Below are positions 1-9,516 of a DNA stretch of 64,000 bases, piece after piece. Origin of the DNA: Anaerolineales bacterium (GTDB taxonomy: Bacteria; Chloroflexota; Anaerolineae; Anaerolineales; Villigracilaceae); the NCBI GenBank assembly GCA_030583925.1, contig CP129482.1:3634001-3698000 (forward strand), written 5' to 3'. The position numbers and the translations under genes were made by a program. How positions within the stretch are numbered: the stretch's first letter is position 1; each line of letters begins with the position of its first letter. The notes below the pieces were generated by a model that did no database searches, was not told the DNA's origin, and worked only from the letters and a program-made list of their open reading frames with translations.

Positions 1-330
1 GACATGCACAATGCCGCGATGCGGACTATCCATGCCGTGCAGTTCGATTCCGAACTCGGCGGCGTTGACTTCCATCTGTTTGATCTGCGCGGCGGCGAGC
101 GCGTCCGTCAACGGGATATCGAGCGGAGTCGTCGGGATGGAGTGATCCATCGTGGCGAGCGTCTTCTCAGGGCGGCGGACTTTGAGTCCACGCTGGCGGA
201 GTCCCGTAAAGGCTTGCGGCGATGTCACTTCGTGGACCAGATGAAGGTCAATGTAAAGAACCGCAGGCGCGCCGTCTTGTTGCGCGACGATGTGCGAATC
301 CCAGATTTTGTCGAAGATGGTTTTTGGCAT
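1..330 (-). CDS. leuC: 3-isopropylmalate dehydratase large subunit, 5' part (runs off window start)
   Basis: Manual translation from ATG at 330: [15 protein letters not shown]...[16 protein letters not shown]...[11 protein letters not shown]...RGIVHV, a typical LeuC N-terminus. Not in the ORF track; follows leuA. Confidence 0.95.
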   Translation of the reverse strand, partial: MPKTIFDKIWDSHIVAQQDGAPAVLYIDLHLVHEVTSPQAFTGLRQRGLKVRRPEKTLATMDHSIPTTPLDIPLTDALAAAQIKQMEVNAAEFGIELHGMDSPHRGIVHV

Positions 331-364
331 GTTTGATTTCCAATTTTGACGCTTGAGGAAAACC

Positions 365-424
365 GTAAACACTTACACAGGTGAAAACGTGTTTACGTGT
401 CTACCTGTTTATGCGTTTCACTAC
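365..424. repeat. Inverted octamer-periodic array
   Basis: gtaaacac ttacacag gtgaaaac | gtgtttac gtgtctac ctgtttat, in the leuA-leuC spacer. Confidence 0.6.
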
Positions 425-2074
425 CTACCCCAACATCACTCCATGCATCTGATTCGCCGGGATCGGGTTCAACCCTTCCGTCTGCGCGACGATCAGTTTG
501 TTGAGCGCGTTGACGTATGCCTTGACGCTGGCGACGATGATGTCCGAGTCTGCGCCGTGACCGCCGAAGACGCGCGTGTATGGGATTTCGGTCTGCGCAT
601 CCATCGTTTGCTTTGCGTCGTCCCTCGGCAAAATGCGGACGGTCACTTCGCCCAGCGCGTCGATGCCCTCGGTGATGGCGTGAACGTTGAACTCGAGCAG
701 GGTGATATCCGCCTTGACGATCGCATCAACGGCTTTGAACGCGGCGTCAACAGGACCCGACCCCATCGAAGCGTGAAGATGAGTTTTGCCGTCTGGTCCT
801 TTGAGACGCACAGTGGCGGTGGGCATTCCCATCGTGCCGCAGGTCACCTGTAAACCTTCAAGGCGATATACGTCGCGCGGACGATAGAACTCGTCGGCGA
901 TGAGCGCTTCAAGGTCGGCATCCACGATGACCTTCTTGCGGTCGGCGAGTTCCTTAAACCGAGCGAAGGCTTTGTCGAGTTCAACCTCATCGAGCGCGTG
1001 ACCCATCTCCGCGAGACGATTGCGAAGCGCATGACGACCCGAATGTTTGCCGAGCACCAACTTAGTTTGATTCACGCCCACGTCCTCAGGTCGCATGATC
1101 TCATACGTGGTCTGATGTTTCAACATGCCGTCCTGATGAATGCCCGCCTCATGCGCGAACGCGTTCGCGCCGACAATGGCTTTGTTCGGCTGCACGACCA
1201 TGCCCGTGTAATTGCTCACCAACTTGCTCACGCGCGAGATTTGCGTTGTATCAATTCTCGTTTCGATGTTGAACACCGGCTTGCGGGTCTTCAAAGCCAT
1301 CACCACTTCTTCCATCGAAGTGTTGCCCGCGCGTTCGCCGATTCCGTTCACCGTCACTTCGGCTTGACGCGCGCCCGCACGGATTCCCGCCAGCGTGTTG
1401 GCGGTCGCCATGCCGAGATCATCGTGACAATGCACCGAGATCGTGATGCCCTCGTGCATCCCCGGCGTGTGTTTGATAATGCCGTCAATCAACGCGAAGT
1501 ATTCTTCGGGCGTGGTGTAGCCCACCGTGTCAGGGATGTTCAAGGTCGTCGCGCCAGACTTGATGGCTTCGCCCAACACCACATACAAAAATTCCGGGTC
1601 AGAGCGCCCCGCGTCTTCCGGCGAAAACTCAACATCGGCGCACAACGATTTGGCATACGCGACCATTTCAGACACGTGTCGAACCACTTCTTCCGCGTCC
1701 ATCTTCAACTTGTGCTTCATGTGAATCGGCGACGTGGCAAGGAACGTGTGGATGCGCGGGTGTTGCGCCTCTTTGACTCCCATCCACGCTTTATCAATAT
1801 CGGATTTATTCGCGCGCGCCAGCCCTGCGATGATGGGGACTCTCGCGTCATCCCCACTTACGGTTGGTCTACCCACCTCAACCGCGATCCGCCGTACGGC
1901 TTCCAGATCGTCCGGCGACGCGGCAGGGAAGCCGGCTTCGATGATATCCACGCCCATGCGCGCCAGCGACCGCGCCACTTCCAGCTTTTCAGCCGAAGTC
2001 ATCGTCGCGCCGGGCGATTGTTCGCCGTCTCTTAGCGTTGTATCGAATATCCTAACGTAGTTATTGTTGATCAT
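425..2074 (-). CDS. leuA: 2-isopropylmalate synthase
   Basis: [29 protein letters not shown] and HEAGIHQDG motifs; C-terminal regulatory domain. Confidence 0.97.
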   Translation of the reverse strand: MINNNYVRIFDTTLRDGEQSPGATMTSAEKLEVARSLARMGVDIIEAGFPAASPDDLEAVRRIAVEVGRPTVSGDDARVPIIAGLARANKSDIDKAWMGVKEAQHPRIHTFLATSPIHMKHKLKMDAEEVVRHVSEMVAYAKSLCADVEFSPEDAGRSDPEFLYVVLGEAIKSGATTLNIPDTVGYTTPEEYFALIDGIIKHTPGMHEGITISVHCHDDLGMATANTLAGIRAGARQAEVTVNGIGERAGNTSMEEVVMALKTRKPVFNIETRIDTTQISRVSKLVSNYTGMVVQPNKAIVGANAFAHEAGIHQDGMLKHQTTYEIMRPEDVGVNQTKLVLGKHSGRHALRNRLAEMGHALDEVELDKAFARFKELADRKKVIVDADLEALIADEFYRPRDVYRLEGLQVTCGTMGMPTATVRLKGPDGKTHLHASMGSGPVDAAFKAVDAIVKADITLLEFNVHAITEGIDALGEVTVRILPRDDAKQTMDAQTEIPYTRVFGGHGADSDIIVASVKAYVNALNKLIVAQTEGLNPIPANQMHGVMLG

Positions 2075-2134
2075 GGTATTTTCCTTTCATCAAGTACCGT
2101 TCGTCGAGGAGCGAGCGTATCGAGACCGCCGAGA

Positions 2135-3187
2135 TTACTTCTTCCAATTCTCCGGTCTCAACGCTCTCACCGCTGCGCCGGCGCGCCACATTTCCGAGTC
2201 GCGGATGGCGGCGAGTTCTTTATCCAATCGTTCGCGATAATCGGGTTTACTGTTCGCCTCGAGCGTGACGCGCGCTTCGTGACCGCTCTTCACCGATTCG
2301 TATAATTCGTCGAACACCGGCGCGACCGCGTCACGGAAGCGCGGATGCCAATCAAGCGCGCCGCGCTGGGCGGTGGTGGAGCAGTTGGCGTACATGTAAT
2401 CCATGCCGTTCTCACCGACGAGTCGGATCAACGATTGAGTCAATTCCTCGACCGTTTCGTTGAACGCCTCGCTCGGCGAATGTCCGTGCTTGCGGAGGAC
2501 GTTGTACTGCGCTTCCATGATCGCCGACAACGCGCCGATCAACACGCCGCGCTCGCCCGTAAGGTCTGAATACACTTCGTTTTTGAACGTGGTCGGAAAT
2601 AAATATCCCGCGCCGATGGCGATGCCGAGCGCGACCGTCCGTTCGTAGGCGCGACCCGTCGCATCCTGATGCACGGCGAAACTGGCGTTGATACCCGAAC
2701 CGTCGAGGAAATTTCTGCGGACGCTGCGACCCGCTCCCTTAGGCGCGACCAGCGCCACGTCTACGTGAGGAGGCGGGATGACGCCCGTGTCATCCTTGAA
2801 GGTGACGGAAAATCCATGCGAGAAATAAAGCATGTCTCCTTCGTTCAAACATTCGACGATCTTCGACCATTGCGAACGTTGACCCGCATCCGATAACAGA
2901 TATTGGACAACTGTCCCGCGTTCGGCGGCTTCTTCGATGGAGAACAACGTCTTGCCCTCGACCCAGCCGTCGGCGACAGCCTTATCCCAATTCTTCGTCC
3001 CCTTGCGCTGACCGACGATAACGTTGACGCCGTTATCGCGCATGTTCAACGCCTGCGCCGGTCCTTGCACGCCGTAGCCAAGCACCGCCACCACTTCATC
3101 TTTTAGAACCTCGCGCGCTCTTTCAAGCGGAAATTCCTCACGCGTAACAATTTCTTCTTCTACACCGCCAAAATTGATTTTTGCCAT
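2135..3187 (-). CDS. ilvC: Ketol-acid reductoisomerase
   Basis: VLGYGVQG Rossmann motif, VAPKG, SDLTGERG; start placed at MAKINF with AGGAG upstream. Confidence 0.95.
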   Translation of the reverse strand: MAKINFGGVEEEIVTREEFPLERAREVLKDEVVAVLGYGVQGPAQALNMRDNGVNVIVGQRKGTKNWDKAVADGWVEGKTLFSIEEAAERGTVVQYLLSDAGQRSQWSKIVECLNEGDMLYFSHGFSVTFKDDTGVIPPPHVDVALVAPKGAGRSVRRNFLDGSGINASFAVHQDATGRAYERTVALGIAIGAGYLFPTTFKNEVYSDLTGERGVLIGALSAIMEAQYNVLRKHGHSPSEAFNETVEELTQSLIRLVGENGMDYMYANCSTTAQRGALDWHPRFRDAVAPVFDELYESVKSGHEARVTLEANSKPDYRERLDKELAAIRDSEMWRAGAAVRALRPENWKK

Positions 3188-3210
3188 TACGAATGCTCCT
3201 ATTTGCTTTT

Positions 3211-3291
3211 GTAAATACGTAGACACGTACACAGGTAAACACGTAACTCCGTGTGTACTTTGTTTACCTGTGTACCTGTTTGCCTGTCTAC
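3211..3291. repeat. Inverted octamer-periodic array
   Basis: gtaaatac gtagacac gtacacag gtaaacac ... tgtttacc tgtgtacc tgtttgcc tgtctac; same family as 365-424. Confidence 0.7.
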
Positions 3292-3295
3292 TCCC

Positions 3296-3856
3296 TCACG
3301 GCGCCATCTCTGCCAATTCCATCACATCTTCGTAGCGATTGCCGTTCGTGCCAGCCACGCGGCGGATTCCATCATTGACGCCGCGCGTCATCGTGATCTG
3401 TCCCGTCCGCACCACTTCGACGATGCCAAGCGGGCGGAGCAACTCGATCATGCTTTCGATCTTGTCCTCCGTGCCGGTCATTTCGAGGATCAGCGAATCT
3501 CTCGCCACATCCACGATGCGGGCGCGGAAGATCTCAGCCAGCCCATTGACGTCGGCGCGGCGTTCGGGCCCGACGCGCACTTTGATCAGCGCCAGATCGC
3601 GCGTCACCGACGGTTGATGCGTCACATCCTGCACGTCAATCACGTTGACGAGTTTGTACAGGTTCGCTTCGATGCGATGCGCGTCAATGTCGCCGTTGGG
3701 GCAATCCACAACTACGGTAATGCGCGAAACGTCCGGGTCCTCCGTCCGCCCCGCCGCAAGCGACTCGATGTTGAAGTTGCGCCGTCGAAACAACGACGCC
3801 ACGCGGTTCAACACGCCAGGCTTGTTTTCCGCTAATGCGATAAAGGTGTAGTTCAT
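3296..3856 (-). CDS. ilvN: Acetolactate synthase small regulatory subunit
   Basis: ACT domain ENKPGVLNRVASLFRRRNFNIESL; start placed at MNYTF. Confidence 0.95.
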   Translation of the reverse strand: MNYTFIALAENKPGVLNRVASLFRRRNFNIESLAAGRTEDPDVSRITVVVDCPNGDIDAHRIEANLYKLVNVIDVQDVTHQPSVTRDLALIKVRVGPERRADVNGLAEIFRARIVDVARDSLILEMTGTEDKIESMIELLRPLGIVEVVRTGQITMTRGVNDGIRRVAGTNGNRYEDVMELAEMAP

Positions 3857-3878
3857 TTCATTTCTCCAATTTTCATCA

Positions 3879-3967
3879 CGTCGTTGCAAGCCAAAGGCGA
3901 AGCAATTTCATCGAAACAACCATTTGCCTGATAACAGAAGATTGCTTCTCGAAGACTCGCAACGACA
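3879..3967. repeat. CGTC/TGTC-tagged REP doublet, copy 1
   Basis: cgtcgttgcaag...cgaagcaatttc ... gattgcttc...ctcgcaacgaca; abuts the ilvB stop codon. Confidence 0.8.
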
Positions 3968-5653
3968 TTATGCTTTTACTGGTCTCCGTATCATCTCATG
4001 CAGCGCGGCGCCCTGCGGGACCATCGGGTAGACGGCTTCTTCCTGTTCCACTTTGAATTCCAGCACAACAGGTCCATTGATCTGACGCGCCCACGCGATG
4101 GCGTCGTCCACTTCGTCGCGTTGAGTCACGCGCCGCGCAGGAACTCCGTGCGCCTCCGCCAATTTCACAAAATCAGGCGTGAGCATGTTCACCGCCGAAT
4201 ATCGCTTGTCGAAGAAGAACTCCTGCCACTGACGAACCATGCCGAGGAAATTGTTGTTCATAATGGCGACCTTGACGTTCGCACCCTCTTGTACGGCGGT
4301 CGTCAACTCGGCGGCGGTCATTTGGAATCCGCCGTCGCCAGCTACCGCCCAAATTTCCTGATCCTTCGCCGCGAACCACGCGCCGATCGCCGAAGGGAGG
4401 CCAAAGCCCATCGTTCCCGCGCCGCCCGAAGTCAGCCAGCGATTCGGTTTTTCCAGCTGATAGTATTGTGCGGTCCACATCTGATGTTGACCCACGTCCG
4501 TAGCGACGATCGCTCCGCCGCCGGTCGCCTTCCAAATGTCCGCGATGAGATGCGCCACATAGAGTTTGCCGTCGCCGTCCCAATTCTTGATGTCGCGCGA
4601 ATCGGAGTCATCCTTCCAGTTTTGAATTTCCTGCTTCCATTCATCGTGATCGTATTCATCCACCAGCGGGATCAAATCGCCGACCACCGTTTTCACATCG
4701 CCGACGAGCGGAACGTCCACCTGCACATTCTTGTGCATCTCAGACGGATCGATCTCGATGTGGATCTTCTTCGCCTTCGGCGCGTATGTTTTCAGCGTGC
4801 CGGTCACGCGGTCGTCGAAACGCATTCCAAACGCAAGGATCAAGTCGGAATTTTGAATCGCAAGGTTTGCGTATGCCTCGCCGTGCATGCCCATCATGCC
4901 AAGACTCAATTCATGCGAAGCGGGGAACGCGCCCAATCCAAGCAACGTGCTGGCGACCGGCGTTTGCGTTTTCACCGCGAACTGCATCAACTCGTCTTCG
5001 GCTTTCGACATCAACACGCCATGTCCGCATAAAATGACCGGCTTCTTTGCTTTTTCGATCAGCGCAACAGCTTGCTCCAACAAGTTACGCGGCGAACGCG
5101 TCACAGGCTTGTACCCCACCAGTTTTACTTCTTCGGGGTACACGAACTCGCACGATTCGACTTGCGCGTTCTTGCAAATATCAATCAACACAGGACCGGG
5201 TCGCCCACTGCGAGCAATATAAAATGCCTCACGGATTGTTTCCGCAATTTCATCGGCGCGCGTAACCAAATAATTATGTTTTGTGATCGGCAACGTAATG
5301 CCCGTCACATCGGTCTCTTGAAACGCGTCGCCGCCGATCAAATGCGACGCGACCTGACCCGTGATAAAAACAGTCGGCACTGAATCCATCATCGCGGTGC
5401 AAATGCCCGTTACAAGATTCGTCGCGCCGGGTCCTGAAGTCGCCATCGCCACACCCACCTTCCCCGACGTGCGCGCGTACCCATCCGCCATGTGCGCCGC
5501 GCCTTGCTCATGCCGCACCAACACATGATGCACCGGGTAATTCAGCATCGCGTCGTAGATTGGCATGTTCGCGCCGCCCGGATAACCGAACACCACCTCC
5601 ACGCCTTCACGCACCAAACATTCCCAAACAATTTCTGCGCCTTTCTTTTTCAT
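3968..5653 (-). CDS. ilvB: Acetolactate synthase large subunit
   Basis: FGYPGGA, RHEQGAAHMADGYAR, TSGPGATN, DVGQHQMW and the GDGGF...NN TPP motif. Confidence 0.97.
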   Translation of the reverse strand: MKKKGAEIVWECLVREGVEVVFGYPGGANMPIYDAMLNYPVHHVLVRHEQGAAHMADGYARTSGKVGVAMATSGPGATNLVTGICTAMMDSVPTVFITGQVASHLIGGDAFQETDVTGITLPITKHNYLVTRADEIAETIREAFYIARSGRPGPVLIDICKNAQVESCEFVYPEEVKLVGYKPVTRSPRNLLEQAVALIEKAKKPVILCGHGVLMSKAEDELMQFAVKTQTPVASTLLGLGAFPASHELSLGMMGMHGEAYANLAIQNSDLILAFGMRFDDRVTGTLKTYAPKAKKIHIEIDPSEMHKNVQVDVPLVGDVKTVVGDLIPLVDEYDHDEWKQEIQNWKDDSDSRDIKNWDGDGKLYVAHLIADIWKATGGGAIVATDVGQHQMWTAQYYQLEKPNRWLTSGGAGTMGFGLPSAIGAWFAAKDQEIWAVAGDGGFQMTAAELTTAVQEGANVKVAIMNNNFLGMVRQWQEFFFDKRYSAVNMLTPDFVKLAEAHGVPARRVTQRDEVDDAIAWARQINGPVVLEFKVEQEEAVYPMVPQGAALHEMIRRPVKA

Positions 5654-5710
5654 CTCTTCTCCTTTTCATTGCGTAGCGCACAGCGACGTTAGAGAACGTC
5701 GCTTACGCAA

Positions 5711-7378
5711 TTAGATTTCCAACACCGCGCCGGTATCCGCGCTGGTGACAAAATGTGAATACCGCTTCAACCACTTGGATGTGATCTTGGATTCAAACGG
5801 AGGCAGCGCCTCCAGCCGACTCTGAATCTCCGCCTCGTTCAACCGGACGTTGAGGCTGCGTGCCGCTAGGTCAATTTGGATCGCGTCCCCAGCCTGCAAC
5901 GCCGCAATCGGACCGCGCGCCGCGGCTTCCGGCGAAACGTGACCAATGCACGCGCCGCGCGTCCCGCCGCTGAATCGCCCATCCGTAATGAGCGCGACCT
6001 TATCGCCGAGACCCATCCCCATGATCGCGGAGGTGGGCGAGAGCATCTCCTGCATCCCCGGTCCGCCCTTCGGACCTTCGTAGCGAATCACAACGCAATC
6101 TCCCGCTTTGATCTTGCCAGCCAAAATCCCAGCCATCGCTTCGTCTTGCGATTCAAAGATCACAGCGGGTCCCTCGAACTTCATCATCGCTTCGCTTACA
6201 CCGCCGACCTTGACCACCGCGCCGTTCGGAGCCAGATTGCCAAACAGAATCGCTAACCCGCCGCGCTTGGAATGAGCGTTGTCGTACCGTCGAATTACTT
6301 CTTCATCTTTGATATCGAATCCTTGAATCGATTCCCCCAACGTTTTGCCGGTTACAGTCAAACGATCAAAATGCAACATACCTGTCCCCCATTGGATCTC
6401 GTTCAATATCGCCGGAATTCCGCCCGCACGATGGACATCTTCCATGTGCCACTTGCCTGCGGGACTCACTTTGCAGATGTGCGGAACTTTATCCGCCACC
6501 GCGTTGATCCGCTCCAGCGGATAGTCCACGCCTGCTTCATTTGCTAATGCCAGCGTGTGCAATACCGTGTTCGATGAACCGCCCATCGCCATGTCTAATG
6601 CAAAGGCATCGTCAATCGCTTCGGGTGTAACGATATCGCGTGGCTTGATGTCGCGTTCGATCAACGTCCCAATTTGCGCAGCGGCTTGTTTCGCCAGCGC
6701 TTCACGCTCGGGAGTCTTTGCCAATGCAGAACCGTTATACGGCAGAGCCAAACCGAGCGCCTCCATCAAACAATTCATCGAGTTCGCTGTGAACATGCCT
6801 GAACATGAACCACAAGAGGGACATGCAAATTTTTCCAATGTCGCCAATCGTTTTTCGTCTATCTTCCCCCCCGAATATGCGCCCACGCCTTCGAATACCG
6901 AGATCAGATCAATCGTCTCGCCTTCGGGCGTCATCCCTGCTTTCATCGCTCCGCCGGAGACGAAGATGGTTGGGATGTTGACGCGCATTGCGCCAAGCAA
7001 CATTCCGGGCACGATCTTGTCGCAGTTGGGGATGCAGACCATCCCGTCGAAACGATGCGCTTCGATCATCGTCTCCACGCAGTCCGCGATCAACTCTCGC
7101 GACGGAAGCGAATACTTCATCCCCGCGTGACCCATCGCGATGCCGTCGTCCACGCCGATGGTGTTGAACTCGAATGGCACGCATCCCGCCGCTCTCACGG
7201 CATCCTTCACCAGTTTGCCGAACTCCTGCAAGTGAACGTGACCCGGCACCACATCTACATACGAATTGACGACGGCAACGAACGGTTTGTTGAAATCGTC
7301 ATCGTGCAAGCCCGTTGCGCGCAGTAAGGCGCGGTGCGGCGCTTTATCGAATCCTTTTTTGACGGTATCTGAACGCAT
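5711..7378 (-). CDS. ilvD: Dihydroxy-acid dehydratase
   Basis: [38 protein letters not shown] and TDGRFSGG motifs. Confidence 0.97.
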   Translation of the reverse strand: MRSDTVKKGFDKAPHRALLRATGLHDDDFNKPFVAVVNSYVDVVPGHVHLQEFGKLVKDAVRAAGCVPFEFNTIGVDDGIAMGHAGMKYSLPSRELIADCVETMIEAHRFDGMVCIPNCDKIVPGMLLGAMRVNIPTIFVSGGAMKAGMTPEGETIDLISVFEGVGAYSGGKIDEKRLATLEKFACPSCGSCSGMFTANSMNCLMEALGLALPYNGSALAKTPEREALAKQAAAQIGTLIERDIKPRDIVTPEAIDDAFALDMAMGGSSNTVLHTLALANEAGVDYPLERINAVADKVPHICKVSPAGKWHMEDVHRAGGIPAILNEIQWGTGMLHFDRLTVTGKTLGESIQGFDIKDEEVIRRYDNAHSKRGGLAILFGNLAPNGAVVKVGGVSEAMMKFEGPAVIFESQDEAMAGILAGKIKAGDCVVIRYEGPKGGPGMQEMLSPTSAIMGMGLGDKVALITDGRFSGGTRGACIGHVSPEAAARGPIAALQAGDAIQIDLAARSLNVRLNEAEIQSRLEALPPFESKITSKWLKRYSHFVTSADTGAVLEI

Positions 7379-7449
7379 AATTTTCCTTTGGTTTGAAGAT
7401 AGACCATTGACAATGGACGATGCTTTGGTCTATGCTCTGAACAGATAAC

Positions 7450-7481
7450 AAAAAAGCCGCCCGTGGCTAGGGCGGCTTTTT
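7450..7481 (-). terminator. Attenuator terminator hairpin upstream of ilvD
   Basis: Minus strand AAAAAGCCGCCC-tagccac-GGGCGGC-TTTTTT, about 70 nt before the ilvD start. Confidence 0.9.
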
Positions 7482-7499
7482 GCACTACTAAGGTGTGTG

Positions 7500-7604
7500 T
7501 TATTTCTTCACTCTCACCGTCGCCATCCTAACCGAAAATAGATCCTTAATAATAAGGACCGCAAGAAGGACGACAATAAGGGAGAGGGTGAAGATTTGGT
7601 TCAT
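7500..7604 (-). CDS. ilv-leu operon leader (attenuator) peptide, 34 aa
   Basis: Manual translation MNQIFTLSLIVVLLAVLIIKDLFSVRMATVRVKK*, with an I/L/V run directly before a terminator; below the ORF-track size cutoff. Confidence 0.85.
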   Translation of the reverse strand: MNQIFTLSLIVVLLAVLIIKDLFSVRMATVRVKK

Positions 7605-7670
7605 GTCGGCTTGAGATATTTCGCCCGATTATAGGCTGATTTATAAATCCGTCAAGGGCTTGTGGGAACT

Positions 7671-7790
7671 GGGAGTAGCTAATTGAGTGAGTGAAACCAC
7701 AGAGCCCACAGCGATTTTGAGTTTTTCTCTCAAAGAACTCCGTGCTCTCAGTGGCTAAGTTAGTTTTTACTCACCCTTTTCGCCACTCCC
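7671..7790. mobile_element. 120-bp MITE-like element, copy A
   Basis: Ends GGGAGTAGC...GCCACTCCC form an imperfect TIR; internal CCACAGAG...CAGTGG palindrome; homologous to 30896-31013; no TSD seen. Confidence 0.65.
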
Positions 7791-7864
7791 TCAAAAAAAC
7801 CCTCATGGGATGGTACTTCTTGCACTACGATTTGGTTTTCCTTTCCAACAATTGGTTAAAATAT

Positions 7865-9418
7865 TTAATACCCTCCCCTAAAATACGCGGCGATCAAATC
7901 CGAAATATCCGCAGTCGTGTTCTGCCTTGCGACGGCGAAGAAATCGTACGCGGTGGCGCGACCGCGTCCGTAGCGCGAGGCGTAATCTTTGAGAAAGGCG
8001 AAGAACGCGTCGTCGCCCATGCGGATGTTGAGCGCCTCCAAAAAGTTCGCGCCGTTGAGATAACTCGCGTTGACATACGCGCGGAAGGTCGGCGCTTCGT
8101 AGATGGTCGTATCCACGTAGCCCGACGGACCGAAATAATTCACGCGAAAGTTCCACCACCAATCGTACGAGTTGGGGTAAATGTACTCGTAAAACAACGC
8201 CTCGCTATACACCGACATCGCCTCGTCCAGCCACGGCTCCATCGCCTGGTCGCTCCCCACCAGTCCAAACCACCACTGATGCGCGATCTCATGCACGCCG
8301 ATCGCCACAAGATTACTGCGCGCCGAGCCATCGTACTCATTGTAAAACTTCGTCGCCAAAAAAACGAGCCCGTCATATTCCTGCCCGTCGTTCAGATCCG
8401 ATTGCACAACAGACAAGCTCCCATACGGATACGCGCCGAACAACGACTCGAAGAGTCCCACCGAGCGGACTGCCGCGTTCAGGATGGCGAGTCCCTCCGC
8501 TTCGTAGCCTGGGAAATAATACGCACGCATCACCGCGGACCCTGCGGCTGCCTCGACCATTTGGAACTGATCGCTCGCCGACAGCGCGAACGTCCGCGCG
8601 CCAAGCAGACGATAGCGCGTCCACTCGTTGTTGGGTTCAGGAACTCCGCTTGCGGCAAACGTGACGCTTCCCTCGGTTGTCCGCACGTTCACTTCAAAAT
8701 CCGCCGCGTCGTAGACGAGATGCTCGCCCAGATAATATTCGTCGTGCAAAAGCCATCCTCCATTGACGAACGGCACAACGAACGGATACCAATCCGTGAG
8801 ATTGGTCTGCGACGAGTCGTAGCCGTAAGGATGATCCTTCACCTTTTGCGGAATCGAAATGCGGAAGCGCATCGCCAGCGTGATCTGCGCGTTCGGTTGA
8901 AGCGGTTGCGGAAGATACACCGTGAGGCGATGTCCGCTCATATCGTAGTTGAGCAAATTACTGTCAAGCAAAATGTTTTCGAGCGTGAACCCGCCGCGAT
9001 GATTCGGCTCGACTGCCAGCACTAATTCATTCAGCGAAACGCCCGTTTGATTCGTGTACCGAATCGTTTCATCCACGGCGAGTTGATGACCGTAATAATC
9101 GAGCAGTGCGAACAGCGTGTATTGAGTTCGTGAGGATTGCGGCGGCGAAGTCGGTTGAGGGAGCGAGGTGGCGGTGAAGGCAAAGGTCGGCGGAGGCGTA
9201 TTCGTCGGCGGTTCGGGCGTGAAGGTGGGAATCAACGTGGGCGAGGCGAGGGCGGTGGGAGTCAACGTCACAGGTTGGAAGGGCGTGGGCGTTGACGAAG
9301 CGTTGGGGTTGGGCGTGACAGTTATAACGGAGGAAAGAGGCGTTTGTCCCTGCGGTAACGCGCAAGAGGCGAGAAAAAATAAAAGCGCGAAAAAATTCAA
9401 TCGAAGTGGAATTTTCAT
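7865..9418 (-). CDS. M1-family (gluzincin) metallopeptidase lipoprotein
   Basis: LASC lipobox-like signal, Pro/Thr-rich linker, HEIAH-X18-E (WLDE). Confidence 0.8.
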   Translation of the reverse strand: MKIPLRLNFFALLFFLASCALPQGQTPLSSVITVTPNPNASSTPTPFQPVTLTPTALASPTLIPTFTPEPPTNTPPPTFAFTATSLPQPTSPPQSSRTQYTLFALLDYYGHQLAVDETIRYTNQTGVSLNELVLAVEPNHRGGFTLENILLDSNLLNYDMSGHRLTVYLPQPLQPNAQITLAMRFRISIPQKVKDHPYGYDSSQTNLTDWYPFVVPFVNGGWLLHDEYYLGEHLVYDAADFEVNVRTTEGSVTFAASGVPEPNNEWTRYRLLGARTFALSASDQFQMVEAAAGSAVMRAYYFPGYEAEGLAILNAAVRSVGLFESLFGAYPYGSLSVVQSDLNDGQEYDGLVFLATKFYNEYDGSARSNLVAIGVHEIAHQWWFGLVGSDQAMEPWLDEAMSVYSEALFYEYIYPNSYDWWWNFRVNYFGPSGYVDTTIYEAPTFRAYVNASYLNGANFLEALNIRMGDDAFFAFLKDYASRYGRGRATAYDFFAVARQNTTADISDLIAAYFRGGY

Positions 9419-9427
9419 AATGGCTCA

Positions 9428-9516
9428 TGTCATTGCGAGGGCGATGCTTTTCGCCCGAAGCAATCCCCTCGCATTGAGGAGATTGCTTCGACGGCTGAAG
9501 CCATCTCGCAATGACA
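9428..9516. repeat. TGTC-tagged REP doublet, copy 2
   Basis: tgtcattgcgagggcg...cgcccgaagcaatc ... gagattgcttcg...ctcgcaatgaca; fills the intergenic gap. Confidence 0.9.

Noticed and set aside
7742-9025. Long plus-strand ORFs (e.g. 7742-9025, 998-2035, 3998-5032, 26353-27600, 40065-41159)
   Set aside because: Antisense shadows of well-supported minus-strand genes in GC-rich DNA; no recognisable motifs.
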